NCBI GenBank assembly: GCA_965221955.1
Contig: CBDCTA010000022.1
Location: forward strand, 1-64,000
Length of the DNA: 64,000 bases
Direction: 5' to 3'
Source: Gammaproteobacteria bacterium
Lineage (GTDB): Bacteria; Pseudomonadota; Gammaproteobacteria; UBA4575
The notes under the pieces were generated by a model. It had not been told where the DNA came from. It made no database searches and saw only the letters and a list, made by a program, of their open reading frames with translations. A program made the translations under genes and the position numbers. Positions 62,523 to 64,000 of this stretch are shown piece by piece (within the stretch, counting starts at the first letter, position 1; the number at the start of each line of letters is the position of its first letter).

Positions 62523-62753
62523 CTATTTCCAAAAATCCCAAACCTCATAATAGGTGTGGTCATTTTTAAAAATTGTACGAATCCCTGCTTGCCGATTATG
62601 ATTTTTACAACGCTCTACAGCATGATTATATGCGGATGACCCATCAGAGTCTTTACGGGCACGAAAATGCGTGACCAAATGCCAACCCTTACGGTTTAAA
62701 ATATCTGTATCTTCACCATCTAATGTTTCAATTTCCATAGAATTCTCAGACAC
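62523..62753 (-). CDS. Small hypothetical protein
   Basis: 76-aa ORF, GTG start after AAAGG. Confidence 0.5.
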   Translation of the reverse strand: MSENSMEIETLDGEDTDILNRKGWHLVTHFRARKDSDGSSAYNHAVERCKNHNRQAGIRTIFKNDHTYYEVWDFWK

Positions 62754-63005
62754 TTATATACCAACCTTTTTTGATTTTTTTATAGTAACTAGAATTAAAT
62801 TCATACAGACGTGTCGCCTTATGTAGACTTGCACTATACATAAGGCCGCAAAAAACCTTAGAGGTTTACCGATATTTTGCAATATTGGGGGCCTTAATGG
62901 TTGCGCTTGACAAATATATTAAACACCCATTATTTCGAACACGTATTCAACTATAAATTAAGCAAAAAATTTTCTATATAAATTTAATCTGTTGTTAATA
63001 ATAGT

Positions 63006-63602
63006 TTGATGAAATCAACACTCAAAAATAATTTATTACCGAAAGATGGCGAAGTTTTTTTATTTAAAAACGTTTATTCTGTTTCTGAAAGTGATCGCTT
63101 ACTAGGTTCTTTATATAAATCGGTTGAATGGAAACAAGAAAAAATCAAATTGTTTGGCAAGTGGCATAGACAACCGAGACTAAGCGCTTGGTATGGAGAA
63201 AGGGGAAAACAATATACGTATTCAGGAATTACACTTAAAGCAAAACCATGGAACACAACACTACTAAATATTAAAAGTAAAATTCAAACTAAGACAGATG
63301 CAGAATTTAATAGCGGCCTATTAAATTACTATCGAAACGGACAAGATAGTATGGGCTGGCATCGCGACAATGAAAAGGAACTCGGCCCAAAACCAGTGAT
63401 TGGCTCCATAAGCCTCGGTGCTACAAGAACTTTTTGCATGCAGCATATAAAAGATAAACAGCTAAAGATTAATGTAGAGTTATCTACTGGCAGCTATTTA
63501 ATAATGCAAGGTGACACCCAACATTTTTGGAGACATTGCGTACCCAAACAACATAAATGTTCTAAACCTCGATTGAACATTACTTTTCGAAATGTAATCT
63601 AA
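63006..63602 (+). CDS. AlkB-like 2OG-Fe(II) dioxygenase
   Basis: PRLSAWYG, NYYRNGQDSMGWHRD, HCVPK, RLNITFR. Confidence 0.9.
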   Translation: MMKSTLKNNLLPKDGEVFLFKNVYSVSESDRLLGSLYKSVEWKQEKIKLFGKWHRQPRLSAWYGERGKQYTYSGITLKAKPWNTTLLNIKSKIQTKTDAEFNSGLLNYYRNGQDSMGWHRDNEKELGPKPVIGSISLGATRTFCMQHIKDKQLKINVELSTGSYLIMQGDTQHFWRHCVPKQHKCSKPRLNITFRNVI

Positions 63603-63604
63603 TC

Positions 63605-63630
63605 GATATTACACATCCTTGTGTAATATC
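63605..63630. terminator. Hairpin between convergent genes
   Basis: GATATTACACA-TCCT-TGTGTAATATC (perfect 11-bp stem). Confidence 0.5.
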
Positions 63631-63641
63631 TAAATAATCAC

Positions 63642-64000
63642 TTAGATTTTTCCGTCTAATCCCATCTGATAATACTTATGTGTAATCTCTTCTTGGTTTT
63701 CTAGTAACCAATCTATATTAGGTTCGTTATTCATCGCTTTATGAACCGCGCTGGCCATTGCCTTACGGTGAATATCAAACAGAACTTTATGATCTAAATC
63801 ATCTGCTTTAGAAACCATAGGATTTAACCAAACTGAAACGATAATACCAATATCATTAACCTTATCTTTTGGAATATCACCCGCACGCACAGCGTCTAAT
63901 ACACCATTAGCGATCGCACCTTGTACCGTACCCATTAAAATATTGGTATAGCGTTCATCTTTAACCGTTACTTTGCTAACCATTAACGTAGCAGGACGCA
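63642..64000 (-). CDS. fae: Formaldehyde-activating enzyme family protein (5' end outside window)
   Basis: RPATLMVSKVTVK...GTVQGAIANGVLDAVRAGDIP...IIVSVW, a Fae-family pattern. Confidence 0.75.
   Translation of the reverse strand, partial: RPATLMVSKVTVKDERYTNILMGTVQGAIANGVLDAVRAGDIPKDKVNDIGIIVSVWLNPMVSKADDLDHKVLFDIHRKAMASAVHKAMNNEPNIDWLLENQEEITHKYYQMGLDGKI

Noticed and set aside
2913-63256. Many short ORFs nested in or antisense to identified genes
   Set aside because: They overlap confidently identified genes and have no motifs of their own.

Overview
AT-rich gammaproteobacterial chromosome segment. It opens with the 5' end of a secreted adhesin-like gene on the minus strand, built from apparently identical 339-bp repeats. 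Core loci follow: metK-ahcY-rsmE; a reduced Pil-Chp cluster (pilGHIJ-chpA-chpC, no pilK or chpB); gshB-tonB-algH-yqgF-pyrRBC'-pyrK; pilT-pilU-pilU2; yggS-proC-yggT-metXW; ppsA/ppsR. Later come an RHH/VOC/Tat/GMC oxidoreductase unit, an alternative cytochrome c oxidase cluster, ppnN, an AlkB-like gene and a partial fae. The oxidase cluster is bracketed by two heme O synthase paralogs and contains a PmoD-like/YtkA/di-heme peroxidase module. The most unusual signal is non-coding. At 24.0-25.6 kb and 39.5-41.5 kb, small unrelated accessory genes are each bracketed by ~30-bp 11-8-11 palindromic sites (AATGWCCGCTT-N8-TAGCGGWCATT). Each array is enclosed by inverted copies of a 61-bp double-hairpin element, and an apparently empty version sits at 45.7-45.9 kb. 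This looks like an integron- or pdif-analogous gene-cassette system, but no recombinase is visible in the window. All calls come from reading the sequence; no searches were run.
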